A stretch of 64,000 nt of DNA from an uncultured Acidimicrobiia bacterium (GCA_963786955.1 CAWBAT010000005.1:1472001-1536000), one strand, 5' to 3'. Shown: positions 20,621-31,169, counted from the first letter of the stretch. Numbers and translations are program-made. Notes: a model not told the origin generated them from the letters alone.

Positions 20621-21547
20621 TCAGGATTTTCTTTTTTGGAGAGTTCTGTCTTTCCTAGATCGTGCCCTGGGCTGGCATTGCGGGCAGCAATGAGTGGATC
20701 GTTGGCTCACAATAATGCGCAGGATCTCCGACCGACAGCGTCGACACTCTTCCTGCTCGCGGCCATAAACATTGAGATATTCCTGGTTACTTCCAGCCTC
20801 CCCCTCGGCGTTGAGGTAGCTTTGAATACTCGTCCCGCCATAATGAATTCCACGACGTAACACAATGGGGATTGCTTTAAAGAGCCTCTTTTTCTCATCC
20901 GTGCTGAGTGAATCGGCGCGGCGCTCTGGATGAATTTCGGCTTCAAAGAGGGCCTCGTCGGCATAGATATTGCCTACTCCCGCAACAAAACGTTGATCCA
21001 AGAGTAGAGATTTGATTCTTAACTTGCGACCCTTGAATTGAGCTAGAAAATGTTTCCACTCGTATTCGAGAGTGAACGGTTCTAGGCCCAGTTTCCAAAA
21101 TTCCTGAGCCAGATGAAAATCCGGCTTCGGATAGAGACGCCATTTTCCAAATTGCCGAATATCCCGATAATGCAATGCGTTTCCGTCGGTAAAATAGATA
21201 CTGACGTGAGTGTGTTTGTCGACGATGTGCTGCCGGGCCTGTTGCAGACCGGTCAAGGGATTGATCAAAAAGTGTTCGTCGTCTTTTCGATTTTTGTCCC
21301 AGTAGGTCATTTGGCCCGACATACCAAGGTGGACCAGCAAGATGAACTGACGCGTTTCAAAAACCAAAAATTTTCCGCGGCGACGGATCTCCTGGATGGT
21401 CTCCCCCACAAGAGACTCTGCGAGTTGCTTCGCGTTTGGCCGCAGAATGATTCGGCGGCAACGGACTTCCACTCGTTCAATGGTCTTATGAAGGGCCTTG
21501 GTTGCTAGGCCCCGACGAATCGTCTCCACTTCAGGCAACTCAGGCAT
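20621..21547 (-). CDS. mutM: Formamidopyrimidine-DNA glycosylase
   Basis: MPELPEVET, RRGKFL, HLGMSG, GVGNIYADE, C-terminal Zn finger. Confidence 0.97.
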   Translation of the reverse strand: MPELPEVETIRRGLATKALHKTIERVEVRCRRIILRPNAKQLAESLVGETIQEIRRRGKFLVFETRQFILLVHLGMSGQMTYWDKNRKDDEHFLINPLTGLQQARQHIVDKHTHVSIYFTDGNALHYRDIRQFGKWRLYPKPDFHLAQEFWKLGLEPFTLEYEWKHFLAQFKGRKLRIKSLLLDQRFVAGVGNIYADEALFEAEIHPERRADSLSTDEKKRLFKAIPIVLRRGIHYGGTSIQSYLNAEGEAGSNQEYLNVYGREQEECRRCRSEILRIIVSQRSTHCCPQCQPRARSRKDRTLQKRKS

Positions 21548-21559
21548 ACGGTCTGCTTC

Positions 21560-22945
21560 TCACTGCTGATAATGGGAAAGGACAAACTCCTCGGCCTCTT
21601 TTGGGGTCCGAATTCGATTCTCCAGTAAAGCATCTTCTACCGATTTTAAAATTTTCTTAAAAACGGGACCGGGCACATAGCCTAGGCGAATCAAGTCTTC
21701 CCCTGAAAGGAGTGATTTCGGCCGGATTTCCTCCGGGCTGAATTCCGCCATCTTTTCTTTCGCGAATTGCCAGGCTTCGAGGCGACGATGACTTCCTAAA
21801 CAGTCCAGCCTGTGAAGTTCCAAGTGCTCTTCAAAGCCTTCCTGGCGCAAGAAGCGTTTCAAGGTTGAGGCCCGCATCTGCGGCAGATCTTTGAATTTCA
21901 GATGATCCCGAACCAGTTCAGTAATCCTGAGGCTCTGTTTAGTCGTGAAACGAAGCCGCTCACAGAGGCTTGCGGCCATCCGGGCACCTACCTCCGGGTG
22001 GTTATTAAAGCGAATCCGGTCGCTCCGCTCAAAGGTTGGGGGTTTGCCGATATCATGAAGCAAAACCCCTAAGGCCAAGGTGGGGGAAGGGTAACGCCTC
22101 CAACCCGCGGAGCCAGCTACCGGCTGAGTCTGTTCGAGATCCCCTATGGGGATGGCCTTTCCCTCCCGAACCCTTTGATCCATAATCTCGAGCATGAGCA
22201 GGGTGTGAGTCCAGACATCACCCTCGGGATGAAACTCGGGAGGTTGGGCCACTCCATGCAAATCGGTGACTTCCGGAAGAATGATTCGAAGTAAACCACA
22301 AGAATCCATCAATGAGATTCCTCGAGCCGCGTATCCCTGAGTCAGAAGTTTTATGAGTTCATCCCGGACCCTTTCCCGACTCACCTGGTTGATCGTCTCG
22401 GCAAGTTGATGAATTGCTTCCCGGGTGAAATTTTCAAGCCGAAAGTCGAAACGCGCGGAAAATCGCACGGCACGGACGAGTCGAAGTTTGTCCTCGCGGA
22501 ATCGTCGCTCGGGACTCCCAATCGTTCGAATCAGTCGCGATTGGATATCGGACTGCCCGTCCACGTAATCGAGGACAGTGCCCTCTAGAGGATCATAAAG
22601 GAGACCGTTGATCGTGAAATCTCTTCGCTCCACATCTTGGCGCGGATCAGTGGTATACGTCACCCGGTCCGGACGCCGACCATCGCTATAAGTCCCCTCC
22701 GAACGAAAGGTGGCCACTTCATAGAAGTGGTCTCCCTGCGGGACGATCACCACCCCGAATTGAGCACCCACCGTGAGGCTTCGAGGAAACAATTGGATGA
22801 GCGCATCTGGAGTCGCGCTGGTGGCGATGTCGTAGTCGGTTGGCGTATGACCCATGACTAAGTCTCGGACACACCCCCCCACCCAGTAAGCGAGGTATCC
22901 CGCTTGGCGCAATCGTTTCACAATTTCTACTGCCGCATGGTCCAT
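21560..22945 (-). CDS. cca: CCA tRNA nucleotidyltransferase / PolyA-pol family with HD domain
   Basis: VGGCVRD, DYD, RRDFTIN, EDKLRLVRAVRF, HPEGDVWTH, LHDIGK. Confidence 0.9.
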   Translation of the reverse strand: MDHAAVEIVKRLRQAGYLAYWVGGCVRDLVMGHTPTDYDIATSATPDALIQLFPRSLTVGAQFGVVIVPQGDHFYEVATFRSEGTYSDGRRPDRVTYTTDPRQDVERRDFTINGLLYDPLEGTVLDYVDGQSDIQSRLIRTIGSPERRFREDKLRLVRAVRFSARFDFRLENFTREAIHQLAETINQVSRERVRDELIKLLTQGYAARGISLMDSCGLLRIILPEVTDLHGVAQPPEFHPEGDVWTHTLLMLEIMDQRVREGKAIPIGDLEQTQPVAGSAGWRRYPSPTLALGVLLHDIGKPPTFERSDRIRFNNHPEVGARMAASLCERLRFTTKQSLRITELVRDHLKFKDLPQMRASTLKRFLRQEGFEEHLELHRLDCLGSHRRLEAWQFAKEKMAEFSPEEIRPKSLLSGEDLIRLGYVPGPVFKKILKSVEDALLENRIRTPKEAEEFVLSHYQQ

Positions 22946-22951
22946 GGACTG

Positions 22952-24121
22952 TTATTTTACCGTCCGCGCAGATGTGATGGAATCAAAACCAAAACGATCG
23001 CGCACTTTGTCGGCTGCCTCATAGAGGCGCAACATTTTGTCCCGGTGCTTCTGAGTGAAGAGAGCTTCCTGTCCCGCGCCAAATTCAAGTCGGGTCAGCG
23101 CCACTCCGAGCAGGCGGACCTCAGTGTTTGGATCCCAGTGTTGCTGAAGAAGTTGAAGAACTGCGTGCAGGATTTCCTCATCCAGTTGGGTTGACTCTTC
23201 CAGAGTAATAGCCCTCGTCCTGGTCTTGAAGTCCCGATCCCTAATCTTCAGAGTGACAGCCCCGGCATACATCCCATGCTCACGCAGACGATGCGCGCTT
23301 TTTTGAACCAGGGTCGCGATAATTTTCTGTATCGCCTCCGGGTTACGGGTGTCTTTATCGAAGGTGTGCTCGTGGCTGATAGACTGAGGTTCTTCGTGAA
23401 ACTCAAAGTGGGGTGTATCGAGTCCAACGGATTTCGAATATAAGGAGTCTCCCCAATGGCCGAAAATCTCTGAAAGAGCTTCCTGCCCGAGTTCAGTCAG
23501 TTGCGCCACTCGCACGATCCCCAGTTCTTTAAGCTTTTGCTCGGTCACCTTTCCGACACCAGGCAATTTTCCTACTGGCAAGGGACCTAGGAAAGCAGCT
23601 TCTGAGCCGGGAAAGACCTGCAGGATACCTCCAGGTTTTGCCAGATCCGAAGCCACTTTTGAAACCAGCTTGGTGGCAGCCATACCAATGGATCCGCTGA
23701 GGCCTGTCTCTCTTAGTAAATGCTGGCGGATGCGATTTGCCAGAAACTGTGGATGGCCGTAAAGTCTTTGAAAACCGGTAAAATCTAAGTAGGCTTCGTC
23801 AATGGAAACCATTTCTACAACGGGACTGTAAGTCTCCAAGATGCTTCGAACTTTCTTCGAGTAATCGGCATAAGTTCCGCGTCTTCCTGGAAGGAAAATA
23901 GCCTGAGGACAGAGTTTTTTTGCCGTCACTAAAGGCATGGCTGAATGCACTCCAAATTTTCTTGCCTCGTAAGACGCGGCACAGACAACCCCTCGCTGGT
24001 CCGGCATGCCTCCGACGACCACGGCTTTCCCCTTTAGACTCGGATCAAAAAGCTCCTCGACTGAGACGAAAAATGCATCCATGTCCACGTGAAAGATGAT
24101 TTTGTTTTTGCCTTCGTTCAT
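22952..24121 (-). CDS. dinB: DNA polymerase IV (Y family)
   Basis: HVDMDAFFVSVE, ASYEARKFGV, SIDEAYLD, LPGVG. Confidence 0.96.
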   Translation of the reverse strand: MNEGKNKIIFHVDMDAFFVSVEELFDPSLKGKAVVVGGMPDQRGVVCAASYEARKFGVHSAMPLVTAKKLCPQAIFLPGRRGTYADYSKKVRSILETYSPVVEMVSIDEAYLDFTGFQRLYGHPQFLANRIRQHLLRETGLSGSIGMAATKLVSKVASDLAKPGGILQVFPGSEAAFLGPLPVGKLPGVGKVTEQKLKELGIVRVAQLTELGQEALSEIFGHWGDSLYSKSVGLDTPHFEFHEEPQSISHEHTFDKDTRNPEAIQKIIATLVQKSAHRLREHGMYAGAVTLKIRDRDFKTRTRAITLEESTQLDEEILHAVLQLLQQHWDPNTEVRLLGVALTRLEFGAGQEALFTQKHRDKMLRLYEAADKVRDRFGFDSITSARTVK

Positions 24122-24145
24122 TTTAATCGCGTGTTTTGAATGCCT

Positions 24146-24826
24146 TCAGTATTTTCGCAGAACTGCAATGACGCGGCCCTGGATCTTCAAGTTCTTCTCA
24201 GGAACGTAAAATGGCTGCATGGAGGTGTTGGCAGGTTGCAATCGAATGAGCCCCCCCTTCTCCCGAAAATACTTTTTCAATGTGGCCTCGCCGTTTTCCA
24301 GCAACGCGACCACTGTGTCTCCAGGGTTCGGGACAGGGAATTTCTCAACAACCACAAAATCTCCATTGCAAATGTGCTCGTCGATCATGGAATCCCCTTT
24401 CACCTGCAGCACAAACACCTTCTCACTTTTGGCAAACTCTTTCAAGGAAAGGGTCTCTTCGTTGGGGACTGCCTCCAATGGCTTGCCCGCTGCGATTCGG
24501 CCAAGAAATGGCAATAACACATCTGGCTCCTCATCAGCAGAAAAATGCATGCCCTCCCTTGAGAGTGCCAGCGAAATCGGGCGCTGGATCTTCACAATCT
24601 CGATCGATCGACTCCGATTCGGTCCGCGGTGGATGTAACCCTTCCTTTCCAGCGCACAAATGTGCTTGTGTACCGTTGCCGCGGAAGAGAGTCCTAGATA
24701 CTTTCCGATCTCCTCAAAACTGGGGCAATAGCCTTCGTTTTGGAGGAATGAATGGAGGAAGGAAAGGACCTGATATTGTTTTTTCGTCAAGACTGCCTGT
24801 CGACGTCCGCTTGCGACACCACTCAT
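24146..24826 (-). CDS. lexA: SOS repressor LexA
   Basis: wHTH with PSFEEI, Ala-Gly cleavage site IAAGKP, catalytic Ser in GDSM and Lys in TLKK. Confidence 0.96.
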   Translation of the reverse strand: MSGVASGRRQAVLTKKQYQVLSFLHSFLQNEGYCPSFEEIGKYLGLSSAATVHKHICALERKGYIHRGPNRSRSIEIVKIQRPISLALSREGMHFSADEEPDVLLPFLGRIAAGKPLEAVPNEETLSLKEFAKSEKVFVLQVKGDSMIDEHICNGDFVVVEKFPVPNPGDTVVALLENGEATLKKYFREKGGLIRLQPANTSMQPFYVPEKNLKIQGRVIAVLRKY

Positions 24827-24856
24827 CTTCCCCCCCTTCGGAGAATGTCTTGCTCG

Positions 24857-24873
24857 GAATTATAAGCTAATTC
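24857..24873 (-). promoter_or_regulatory. Perfect -10 (TATAAT on minus strand, 24859-24864) inside inverted repeat GAATTA-N5-TAATTC upstream of lexA
   Basis: Read directly from sequence; no clear -35. Confidence 0.4.
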
Positions 24874-24989
24874 AATTCCAAACATGCGAAGATACAAAAG
24901 CATTTCAGTTCGATCGGGTGGGCTTGATTCGGAAGACTCCGCGATTAGAGCATTCGGGTGCTTTACTGAGCTTGATTTGAGGGCCTGCC

Positions 24990-25445
24990 ATGGACCGTAC
25001 CTATCCTTCTGCTCCTGTGTGTGCCGTGGGAGGGATTATTTTCAGAGGGAATCAAGTTCTGCTGGTCAAACGAGGCCAGGCACCGGCAGAAGGGAAGTGG
25101 TCGATCCCAGGGGGTGTTGTGCACCTCGGTGAAACGCTTGAGGGGGCAGTCCAAAGAGAATTATTCGAGGAACTGCAGGTGTTTGTTCACCCCGTTCGAA
25201 TCGGAAAGGTCTTAGAGCGCATTTTTAGAGACTCCCTCGGTAAAATCTTATTTCACTACGTCATTATCGATTACGTCTGTGAAATCCTTTCCGGAGTAGT
25301 GCAGCCTGGGTCTGATGCCGCAGCTGCAGGCTACTTCGATATCGGCCTTCTCGAAAGTTTGGACATGACAGAGGGAACCGCCGAAATCATTAGGGAAATC
25401 TTTTACGGGACTAGGAACCCGACGAACGGTGCCGAGTTGGGTTGA
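24990..25445 (+). CDS. NUDIX hydrolase
   Basis: Nudix box GG..HLGETLEGAVQRELFEEL. Confidence 0.92.
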   Translation: MDRTYPSAPVCAVGGIIFRGNQVLLVKRGQAPAEGKWSIPGGVVHLGETLEGAVQRELFEELQVFVHPVRIGKVLERIFRDSLGKILFHYVIIDYVCEILSGVVQPGSDAAAAGYFDIGLLESLDMTEGTAEIIREIFYGTRNPTNGAELG

Positions 25446-25496
25446 TTGATGGGGCCGATCTTGCCTTCCGAGCGGTGTATAATTATTTTTCAGGGT

Positions 25497-26615
25497 CTAA
25501 TCCCCGGCCATTCTTCGGTAGGTCTCCAATATGAGTTGGGCGGACTTTGACCAGGAGTATTTGCGGGACTGTTGGAAACCTTTTTCGATCAGGTCTGCCC
25601 GAAGCTGGGAGTCAAAGAGCAGGTGCTTGATCCCCTTGCAGATTTCAAACACATTTTCAGGGTTCACTAAAAGGGCGGCATCTTCGACGACTTCCGGTAG
25701 AGAGGAGACGTTGGATGTCAACACCGGAGTGCCATTGGACATGGCTTCCAGCGGCGGCAAGCCAAACCCCTCGTACAACGAAGGGAAAACAAAAACCGCT
25801 GCGGATTTGTAGAAGACACGCAAGGTTTCGTAGGGGACAAAGCCAAAAAAACGCACATCATGCTGCACTCCGCTGCGGATGACCGTTCGTCGCAGGATCT
25901 GGCGTTTCGAAAGCTCGTCTCCGATAATGACCAGTTTCAAATTCTTCCAGCGGGCATCTTCTTTTAATTCTCCCTTAAGGACGGAGAAAGCTTCGATTAA
26001 ACGTTCCAGATTTTTGTGAGGTTTGATATTGCCTGCATAGAGCAAAAAAGGGTCGTGGACCTGATAGCGTTCCAGGACCTTCTTCTGTTCCTCCGGGTCA
26101 TTAGTCAGAATGGCCCGTTCGTCGATGGCATTGTAGACGACACTGATTTTCTCTTCGGGGACTGCAAAGAGGCGAATCAGATCTCTTTGGCTGGATTCCG
26201 AGACCGTAAACACGTGACAACTGCGATTAATGGCCCTCCGTGTTGCCTTCTTGGCGCTCCGGGAACCTTCTTTGGAACTAGGGAAAAGAATATGAACGCA
26301 ATCATGAATGGTAATAATGGACTTACAAAACAGAAATAAGGGAGGATCGTAATGTGGCGTATGCAAGATCTGAACCCGATTTTTCCTGAGCAACACGGGC
26401 AGCAGGACTTCATTCCAGAAATATTTTTGTGGGGTGGGAGCCAAAATCAAGGAAAAATTTGGAGGCAAAGGCCCGAGTTCCGCCACGTCCCGAGATTGCC
26501 CAACCAGGAAATAAGGATTCTCTCGATCCAGCTTGGCGAGATTCAACAGCAGATTCCGGATGTACGTCCCAATTCCGAAATCGTTAAGTTTGCGAATATC
26601 GAGTGCAACTCTCAT
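25497..26615 (-). CDS. Glycosyltransferase family 4
   Basis: TIHD, KPHKN, EGFGLPPLEAM (ExxGxxxxE). Confidence 0.93.
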   Translation of the reverse strand: MRVALDIRKLNDFGIGTYIRNLLLNLAKLDRENPYFLVGQSRDVAELGPLPPNFSLILAPTPQKYFWNEVLLPVLLRKNRVQILHTPHYDPPLFLFCKSIITIHDCVHILFPSSKEGSRSAKKATRRAINRSCHVFTVSESSQRDLIRLFAVPEEKISVVYNAIDERAILTNDPEEQKKVLERYQVHDPFLLYAGNIKPHKNLERLIEAFSVLKGELKEDARWKNLKLVIIGDELSKRQILRRTVIRSGVQHDVRFFGFVPYETLRVFYKSAAVFVFPSLYEGFGLPPLEAMSNGTPVLTSNVSSLPEVVEDAALLVNPENVFEICKGIKHLLFDSQLRADLIEKGFQQSRKYSWSKSAQLILETYRRMAGD

Positions 26616-28855
26616 TCCGGTGCGGTCTCCCCATCGCCTTCAGCCTGATCGATTGTGTCCACGGGTTGCGGAACAATCGGCCCTCCTTCCTCGAGAGGTT
26701 TAAAATCTTCTCGAGGTTTATCTTTCAGGACTTGCTGCATGAAGTCAATCCAGAGTGGAAGTGCGGCTTTGGCGCCCGTTTCCCCTTTTCCAAGTGGTTT
26801 CTTTTGATCGTAGCCAACCCAAACGCCGCAGGTCAATGTAGGAGTAAAGCCAATAAACCAGGCATCGGTGTAATTATTCGTTGTCCCTGTTTTGCCCGCC
26901 ACCGGTCTTCCCAAGATTTTGGCTTTCTGGGCAGTCCCGAAATCAACGACGCCTTGCAAAAGGCCAAGCATGGTTTTCGCGGTTTTCTGAGAAATTACTT
27001 CGCTCACATCTATCAAGTTTTCTTCCTTGGTCTCACCGCTATAATCGGTGACCCTGCGGATGAACCGGGGCAATATCCGCACGCCATCATTAGGGAAAGC
27101 AGAATAAGCTGAGGTCATCTCCAAGAGAGTGATTTCAGCTGAACCCAAAGCCAAGGGTAGATAAGGAGATAGGTTGGGACTCGTTACGCCAAACTTCTTC
27201 ACATATTCTATGCCTTTTTCAACTCCAAACTTACTGAGTAATTTGACCGCCGGGATATTTCGAGATTGCGCGAGGGCACGTCGCAAGGTGATGGCTCCTT
27301 CAAATTTATGGTCATAGTTTTGGGGAGCCCATACTCCTTGGCCACTTGGGAAAGAAATAGGACCGTCAAGAATGGTATCCGTTGGAGACATTCCCTGGTC
27401 GACGGCCATGGTGTAAATAAAAGGTTTGAAAGCCGACCCGGTCTGACGATAAGCCTGAGTCGCGCGATTAAACTTGCTCATTTCAAAATCATAACCGCCG
27501 ACCATTGCTTTGACTTCGCCGTTGGTTGAATCAATGGCCACGAGAGCACCTTGAACTTCCGGGCGTTGATCTAGTTCCACAGACAACTGTTTCTTCGCCG
27601 CATCTACTTTCTTAATCCGGAATAATGCTAGGTCGCCAGGCTTGAAGAGGTCCACCAGCGATTCCCGCCCCGTCCATTGTATCGCGCTGTCCGTTAGCTG
27701 AGCTTCAAAATCACCAAAGCCCACTCGAGCCAGCTTGGGTTTCACTGTCAAAATTAGGCCAGTCATCTGTGCGCCAACTACCTTAGGCTTTTTCCAATCC
27801 TCATGCGTATAGGACAGGAGGGTTGTCCCCTTGCGATTTTGCACATTTTTCAAAACGCCTCTCCATCCGTGACGCTTGTCGAAATTTTCCAGTCCGTGCC
27901 TCACGGCCAGATTGGCCGCCTGTTGCATCTCCAGGTTAAGCGTCGTATAGACGCGTAACCCTCTTTCATTCACCGCTTCAGATCCGTATTTCTGCTCTAG
28001 ATACTTGCGAATCTCTTCTGCGAAATAGGGGGCAAGGGAATTCTGCCGTGAAGAGATTTGCAGAGTTACCGGAGCTCTTTTGGCGGCCTCAGCATCAACC
28101 GGTTTGATTTTCTTTTCCTCGACCATCCGATCCAGCACATAATCCCGGCGAATCCGGGCCCTCTCCGGTTGGGTGATCGGTGAGTAAAGGTGGGCTGTAG
28201 CGGGTAAGGCTGCTAACAATGCAATTTCTTCCAATCTGAGATCTTTCAGGCTCTTGCTGAAATAAAACTGGGAAGCAGCCTCAAACCCATACGTTCCGTG
28301 GCCGAGGAAGAATTGATTACAGTAGAGAGTCAAGATTTGGGACTTCGTGTAGTGTCGCTCGATCTGAATCGTGAACAAAAACTCCTGGAATTTTCGCTTG
28401 AAGCTCTTTTCCGATGTCAGGAAGCAGCGTCGGCTTAATTGCTGGGTCAAGGTGCTGGCTCCTTGTTTTTTCTTCCAGGCCAGCAAATCCTTGAGGGCTG
28501 CCCGCATTAAGCCGCTCAGATCGATTCCCCAATGCGTTTCAAAGTTTTGATCCTCTGCCGAAGTGAGGGCGTCCCGCAGGAGCTTGGGGATTTGGTCGTA
28601 TGTGATGATGATGCGTCGCTCAAGCGCAAAGGTTCCAATGATTCTCCCGTCATCCGAATAAAGTTCCGTAATGACGTTTGGGTGGTAGTCCTCCAGAGTT
28701 CTGACCTCGGGCAAATCGCTCTTATAGACGATTAATAATCCGGCAAACGCACCAATAGCTATCGAACAGAACAGCAAAATGAGGAAGACCAGGGTTCGGA
28801 GAAACTTCTCAGTTGATGTTCGTATGGAAACGGAGGGCATAACTATACCAATCAA
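26612..28855 (-). CDS. mrcA: Class A penicillin-binding protein 1A
   Basis: Transglycosylase EDQNF..H.GID, GASTLTQQL, RKFQE; transpeptidase SAFK, SRN, KTG. Confidence 0.93.
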   Translation of the reverse strand: MIGIVMPSVSIRTSTEKFLRTLVFLILLFCSIAIGAFAGLLIVYKSDLPEVRTLEDYHPNVITELYSDDGRIIGTFALERRIIITYDQIPKLLRDALTSAEDQNFETHWGIDLSGLMRAALKDLLAWKKKQGASTLTQQLSRRCFLTSEKSFKRKFQEFLFTIQIERHYTKSQILTLYCNQFFLGHGTYGFEAASQFYFSKSLKDLRLEEIALLAALPATAHLYSPITQPERARIRRDYVLDRMVEEKKIKPVDAEAAKRAPVTLQISSRQNSLAPYFAEEIRKYLEQKYGSEAVNERGLRVYTTLNLEMQQAANLAVRHGLENFDKRHGWRGVLKNVQNRKGTTLLSYTHEDWKKPKVVGAQMTGLILTVKPKLARVGFGDFEAQLTDSAIQWTGRESLVDLFKPGDLALFRIKKVDAAKKQLSVELDQRPEVQGALVAIDSTNGEVKAMVGGYDFEMSKFNRATQAYRQTGSAFKPFIYTMAVDQGMSPTDTILDGPISFPSGQGVWAPQNYDHKFEGAITLRRALAQSRNIPAVKLLSKFGVEKGIEYVKKFGVTSPNLSPYLPLALGSAEITLLEMTSAYSAFPNDGVRILPRFIRRVTDYSGETKEENLIDVSEVISQKTAKTMLGLLQGVVDFGTAQKAKILGRPVAGKTGTTNNYTDAWFIGFTPTLTCGVWVGYDQKKPLGKGETGAKAALPLWIDFMQQVLKDKPREDFKPLEEGGPIVPQPVDTIDQAEGDGETAPE

Positions 28856-29157
28856 TAAATAACAAGAATCAAAACCAAAATAAAGGACAGAATCCCAGAA
28901 ACCGGAGAAAATGCATGGTCTGCATATGAAATTTCAATTGAGTTCTCTTTCGAATCATAGACTTGCCAATTCTTTGGGTTTCTTTTCAACCTCCACCCTT
29001 TTCCAAGAAACAAACTTAATTCACTGTAAAGAATGACTTCACAAGAATAGTTGGCAAGCAATGACGTAATGCGAAAGATTTAAAGTATATAATGGATTGG
29101 CCTTCTCTTTGGAAATTAAGTAATTACAGGCCTGATTAGTGCTGGATGCTAATAAGA

Positions 29158-29187
29158 TTTGACAATATCACACTCAAGTATTATATT
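29158..29187 (+). promoter_or_regulatory. sigma70 promoter overlapped by a HAIR (HspR) operator
   Basis: TTGACA(29159-64)-N17-TATATT(29182-87); TTTGACA-N7-ACTCAAG(29158-78) versus HAIR CTTGAGT-N7-ACTCAAG; extra half-site TTTGAGT at 29189-95. Confidence 0.8.
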
Positions 29188-29261
29188 TTTTGAGTCCTAA
29201 TCGATGTGATCCAAGAGTCGCTGAGAAGGATCTTCGTAATACTTCTTGAGAGGAGCGTTAA

Positions 29262-31169
29262 ATGAGCAAGATTATCGGGATTGACCTAGGAACTACGAAC
29301 TCAGTGGTTGCTGTGATGGAGGGAGGGGAACCCATAGTCATTACCAATCCGGAAGGGAGTCGCACAACGCCGTCTGTGGTTGCTTTTACAAAAAGTGGGG
29401 AACGGTTGGTGGGTCAGGTGGCCAAGCGTCAAGCGGTGACAAACCCAGAAAACACCGTTTATTCGATCAAGCGATTCATGGGACGCAAGTACGATGAGGT
29501 CAATGAGGAAATGAAGATCGTCCCTTATCGGGTAGCCAGGGCGACCAATAATGATGCCCGTGTGGTGATCATGGGTAAGGAATACAATCCACCCGAGATT
29601 TCTTCCATGATCTTGCAAAAGATGAAACAGGCAGCAGAGGAATACCTGGGGGAGAAAGTAACCAAGGCTGTAATTACCGTTCCGGCTTATTTCAATGACT
29701 CGCAGAGACAGGCAACCAAGGATGCCGGCAGGGTTGCTGGCTTAGAAGTCTTGCGTATCGTCAATGAGCCTACGGCGGCAGCGCTGGCCTACGGGCTAGA
29801 CAAGAAGAAGGACGAAACGATTGCGGTCTATGACTTCGGTGGAGGAACGTTTGATATCTCAATTCTGGAGGTAGGGGAAGGGGTCGTAGAGGTTAAATCC
29901 ACCAATGGGGATACTCATCTCGGTGGGGACAACATTGATCAGAGAGTGATTGACTGGATTGTGGATGAGTTCATCAAAGATCAAGGCATTGATCTTTCCA
30001 AGGACAAGATGGCGCTACAGCGTCTGAAAGAAGCTGCGGAAAAGGCTAAGATGGAGCTCTCCAGTGTATTGGAGACAGAAGTGAGTCTGCCCTTCATCAC
30101 GGCAGATGCCTCTGGGCCCAGGCATCTGAGCATGAAATTGACACGGGCCAAGTTCGAGACACTCGTAGAAGATATCCTCCAGCGTAGTGCGGCTCCCTGC
30201 AAACAAGCGTTGTCGGATGCTGGAGTGAATCCGGAGGAAATTGACGAAGTGGTGCTTGTTGGCGGATCGACCCGGATTCCCAGAGTTCAGCAGATTGTGC
30301 GCGATCTCTTTAAGAAGGAACCCCACAAGGGAGTTAACCCTGATGAAGTTGTGGCGATCGGGGCTGCCGTTCAAGCTGGAGTACTGGCTGGAGATGTTAA
30401 AGACCTGTTGCTCTTGGATGTCACGCCATTATCTCTCGGGATTGAAACACTGGGGGGTGTTTTCACGAAGCTAATCGAAAGAAATACCACCATCCCGACC
30501 CGGAAGAGCGAGATTTTTTCCACTGCGGCCGATAACCAGACGTCGGTAGAAGTCCATGTCTTGCAGGGAGAGAGGAGCATGTCCAAAGACAATCGGACCT
30601 TAGGCAAATTTCATCTGGTGGGTATTCCCCCGGCCCCGCGTGGGGTGCCTCAAATCGAGGTCACTTTTGATATTGACGCCAACGGCATTGTCAATGTCTC
30701 CGCGAAAGACACGGCAACTTCGAAAGAGCAGAAAATTACGATTACCTCAACCAGTGGTTTGGGTCGGGATGAAATTGACCGGATGACAAAGGACGCCTCG
30801 GCACATGCTGATGAGGACAAGAAATATCGTGAGGAAGTAGAAGCAAAGAACCGCGCCGATACGTTGGTCTACAATACCGAAAAACTCTTAAAAGAAAATC
30901 GGGAAAAGGTAGCTGAGGAGGATGCAAGAGCAATCGAATCCGCTATTGAAGAATGCAAGCGGGCTCTTGTGGAGGGGGGAACCGAACGGATCAACAGCTC
31001 CGTCGACAAGCTCACCGCAGCGACTCATAAGCTTGCAGATGTGCTGTATAAGCAGGCTGGAGCTCAATCAGGTCCTTCGGCGGGGGCGTCAGGTGGTGGT
31101 TCGTCGAGCAGTTCGAAACCTGCTGAGGGTGAGATCATCGACGCAGATTACGACGACGAGAAGAAATAA
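29262..31169 (+). CDS. dnaK: Chaperone DnaK
   Basis: [34 protein letters not shown]. Confidence 0.99.
   Translation: MSKIIGIDLGTTNSVVAVMEGGEPIVITNPEGSRTTPSVVAFTKSGERLVGQVAKRQAVTNPENTVYSIKRFMGRKYDEVNEEMKIVPYRVARATNNDARVVIMGKEYNPPEISSMILQKMKQAAEEYLGEKVTKAVITVPAYFNDSQRQATKDAGRVAGLEVLRIVNEPTAAALAYGLDKKKDETIAVYDFGGGTFDISILEVGEGVVEVKSTNGDTHLGGDNIDQRVIDWIVDEFIKDQGIDLSKDKMALQRLKEAAEKAKMELSSVLETEVSLPFITADASGPRHLSMKLTRAKFETLVEDILQRSAAPCKQALSDAGVNPEEIDEVVLVGGSTRIPRVQQIVRDLFKKEPHKGVNPDEVVAIGAAVQAGVLAGDVKDLLLLDVTPLSLGIETLGGVFTKLIERNTTIPTRKSEIFSTAADNQTSVEVHVLQGERSMSKDNRTLGKFHLVGIPPAPRGVPQIEVTFDIDANGIVNVSAKDTATSKEQKITITSTSGLGRDEIDRMTKDASAHADEDKKYREEVEAKNRADTLVYNTEKLLKENREKVAEEDARAIESAIEECKRALVEGGTERINSSVDKLTAATHKLADVLYKQAGAQSGPSAGASGGGSSSSSKPAEGEIIDADYDDEKK

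Noticed and set aside
28852-29061. 69-aa ORF in the AT-rich region upstream of PBP1A
   Set aside because: Low-complexity divergent promoter region; TTG start and no motifs
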